Positions 62,061-64,000 of a stretch of DNA of 64,000 nucleotides are shown piece after piece. Source of the DNA: Carcharhinus amblyrhynchos (Eukaryota); contig OZ336885.1 in the NCBI GenBank assembly GCA_965287045.1, positions 13,330,001-13,394,000 of the forward strand. The letters are read 5' to 3'. The notes under the pieces are model-generated. The model did not search any database. It was not told where the DNA came from and saw only the letters and a program-made list of their open reading frames with translations. The stretch's first letter is position 1. The number at the start of each line of letters is the position of its first letter. Made by a program: the position numbers and the translations under genes.

Positions 62061-63594
62061 ATGATACGAGCTGAAGTGGTTCAATTAAGGACTCTCAGTA
62101 AATGCTGGTCTTGTTGATGCCCACATCCCATGGTCCAATAATACATACTTCTAAAAAAAATTAGTTTATCACGACTGTACATTCTTATTGCATTGAATAT
62201 CATGGAATAGATTGGAAATATCTGGAATATCAGAGTGGGCCACTTTAACTTAAACTGGGAATGTTTGAAGACTTTGTTTTTGTTTTGAAAAAAATATATA
62301 GTGAGTCACCTTTTGGAGCAAGTGTTTAGCATTTCTAACATATAGTGGTCAGAATTCCCTGGACTAGCATGCGCAGCTGCTGCTGACAGCGAGAATGGAG
62401 AATTTGATGTTCAGCCAAATCTCTGTTCACCGCAACAGGACTGGTTAATTCCAGCTGGAGGCAAGGTTGGCGAAGTCCAATCGGTATCTTCCCCTCAAGT
62501 TGCTTTTTTGCTTTTAATTGTGAATGCTGTTCAGACCAATTTGCTCCCTGAATGCAGATTTGAGGGTCAATTTCAACATCTTATCTTCATTTCCCTGATA
62601 TTTTTGTAATGTTTAACAGCTGAATGCCTGAAAGTACTAACTACATGAAACAAAGCCAGGCTACTGACTGTAAGTTTATTTATACAAAATCTGAACACTG
62701 AAGTTACAGCAATAGAATATTTAAGGCTGTGGGTTTGTTTAGTGACGTTCAAATTTGGCCTTAGAAAGGATTCACGCATCTCACTACAAGCTTTAAGAAA
62801 GTTCCAGACTTCAAAAAAGAGCATTATTTGTACTTGATCTGATTCATATTCTGTCATGTCTTCTCATCCTAGTTATACCCATTACATTTATAAATCACTA
62901 GATATATAATAAAGATTAATCCACAGCATGCTTTTTAGTATTTTTAATTGGGAATGAAATAAGACTCTGCACCTTGTAAGGTGAGAAACGTTTATGCGCA
63001 ATTAATTTTAGCATTTTGACTCATTTGTCCTTAATTTTCTGTAGTTTAACAGAGCTCAGGTTTAAGATGGAAGCTACTGCTTTGTTGCATTTCAGTTTGG
63101 AAGACAGGATGCACCAAGCAAGTTTGTGAATCAAGAAAATAGTTAAGATGAAGGTGCTTTGATCTATTTTTCGTGCCAAGGGCTTCAACTGAGATCCAGC
63201 TGCTGTGTTTTGAAACATCTTACCAACGTTTCATAGGATAATTCTTCAGATAATCGTGTCCAGTGATTGATAGTGTTGTTTTGAAAAGACAAAGCAACAT
63301 TTTCAGTTGTTCACTGTTCTGGCTAGAATGCACCCGGGCTCTGGAACCAGAATGCCACACATTTTGAGCAGAATGTCCTGTGTGTTTTCACTTTGACACG
63401 ACATGTTAGCCCCTTGTGGATGGTTTCCATTTTCCCCCTGATACCAATTACAGAAATGTATTGTATAGCAGTTTCTATATTTTTTTGCTGCAGTGTATGC
63501 TCTGAGGTGATAGGAGACATCATAATTTCTTCTCCAAATAGCATTCTTGATTATTTGAGGATTGATAAATCACAGCATAAGCCGTGATTTTTGC

Positions 63595-63712
63595 TGCAGG
63601 GTGGGGCAAGGAGGCAGGCCACAAGTCTACTTCAGGCAGAACGGGGATTGAACTCCACAGTTTTGGCATTATTCTGAACTATGCATCTAGCCAAATGAGC
63701 TAACTGACCCCG
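63595..63712 (-). mobile_element. tRNA-derived SINE head
   Basis: Reverse strand GGGTCAGTTAGCTCATTTGG (A box) ... GAGTTCAATCCCC (B box). Confidence 0.6.
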
Positions 63713-64000
63713 TGATAGGAGCATGGTCTACTTCTAAATCTTGTTCAGTGAGAAACTCTCAGTGATTGGGATTAATTATTAAATCTTGTGTTCTGTTGAT
63801 CTGAATACAGTGGAGAGAAAAGACAAAAATTTCCATTTTACAGTCATTTTGTCTACTTATGGAAACTGTCATCTAGCCATTTAATACGAGTAAAGATAAT
63901 GGCAGGAAGGAAACTGTTACACCCATTTTTCTTCAGTTGGTGCACTTCTAAACCACATGTACACAAAGGTTGGGCAGATCCCTTTTTAAAATAATTGGGG

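Overview
Non-coding, repeat-rich vertebrate DNA, almost certainly from a shark. This is inferred from the HE1/V-SINEs, CR1 (HER1-like) LINEs with (TTCTTATG)n tails, Rex1/Babar LINEs and Penelope elements. No intact host gene or full-length active element was recognised, and most track ORFs are TE remnants or antisense shadows. Main contents: an old, internally deleted Gypsy LTR element (1002-4062) with both LTRs, PBS and PPT, carrying a 33-bp minisatellite with a fold-back cap; many nested CR1/Rex1/L2/SINE insertions; PIF/Harbinger MITEs and a Myb/SANT remnant; and Penelope-like insertions carrying minimal hammerhead ribozyme motifs. The Penelope insertions recur as asymmetric inverted pairs at three scales (about 70 bp, 210 bp and 1.7 kb), the two small ones with exact target-site duplications. 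Also notable are a 247-bp templated copy of nearby flank inside a CR1, and repeat-poor islands (about 44.3-47.3 and 49.4-53.4 kb) with candidate promoter/first-exon and microexon signals of an unidentified host gene. Family names come from recall and were not database-verified; boundaries of degraded repeats are approximate.
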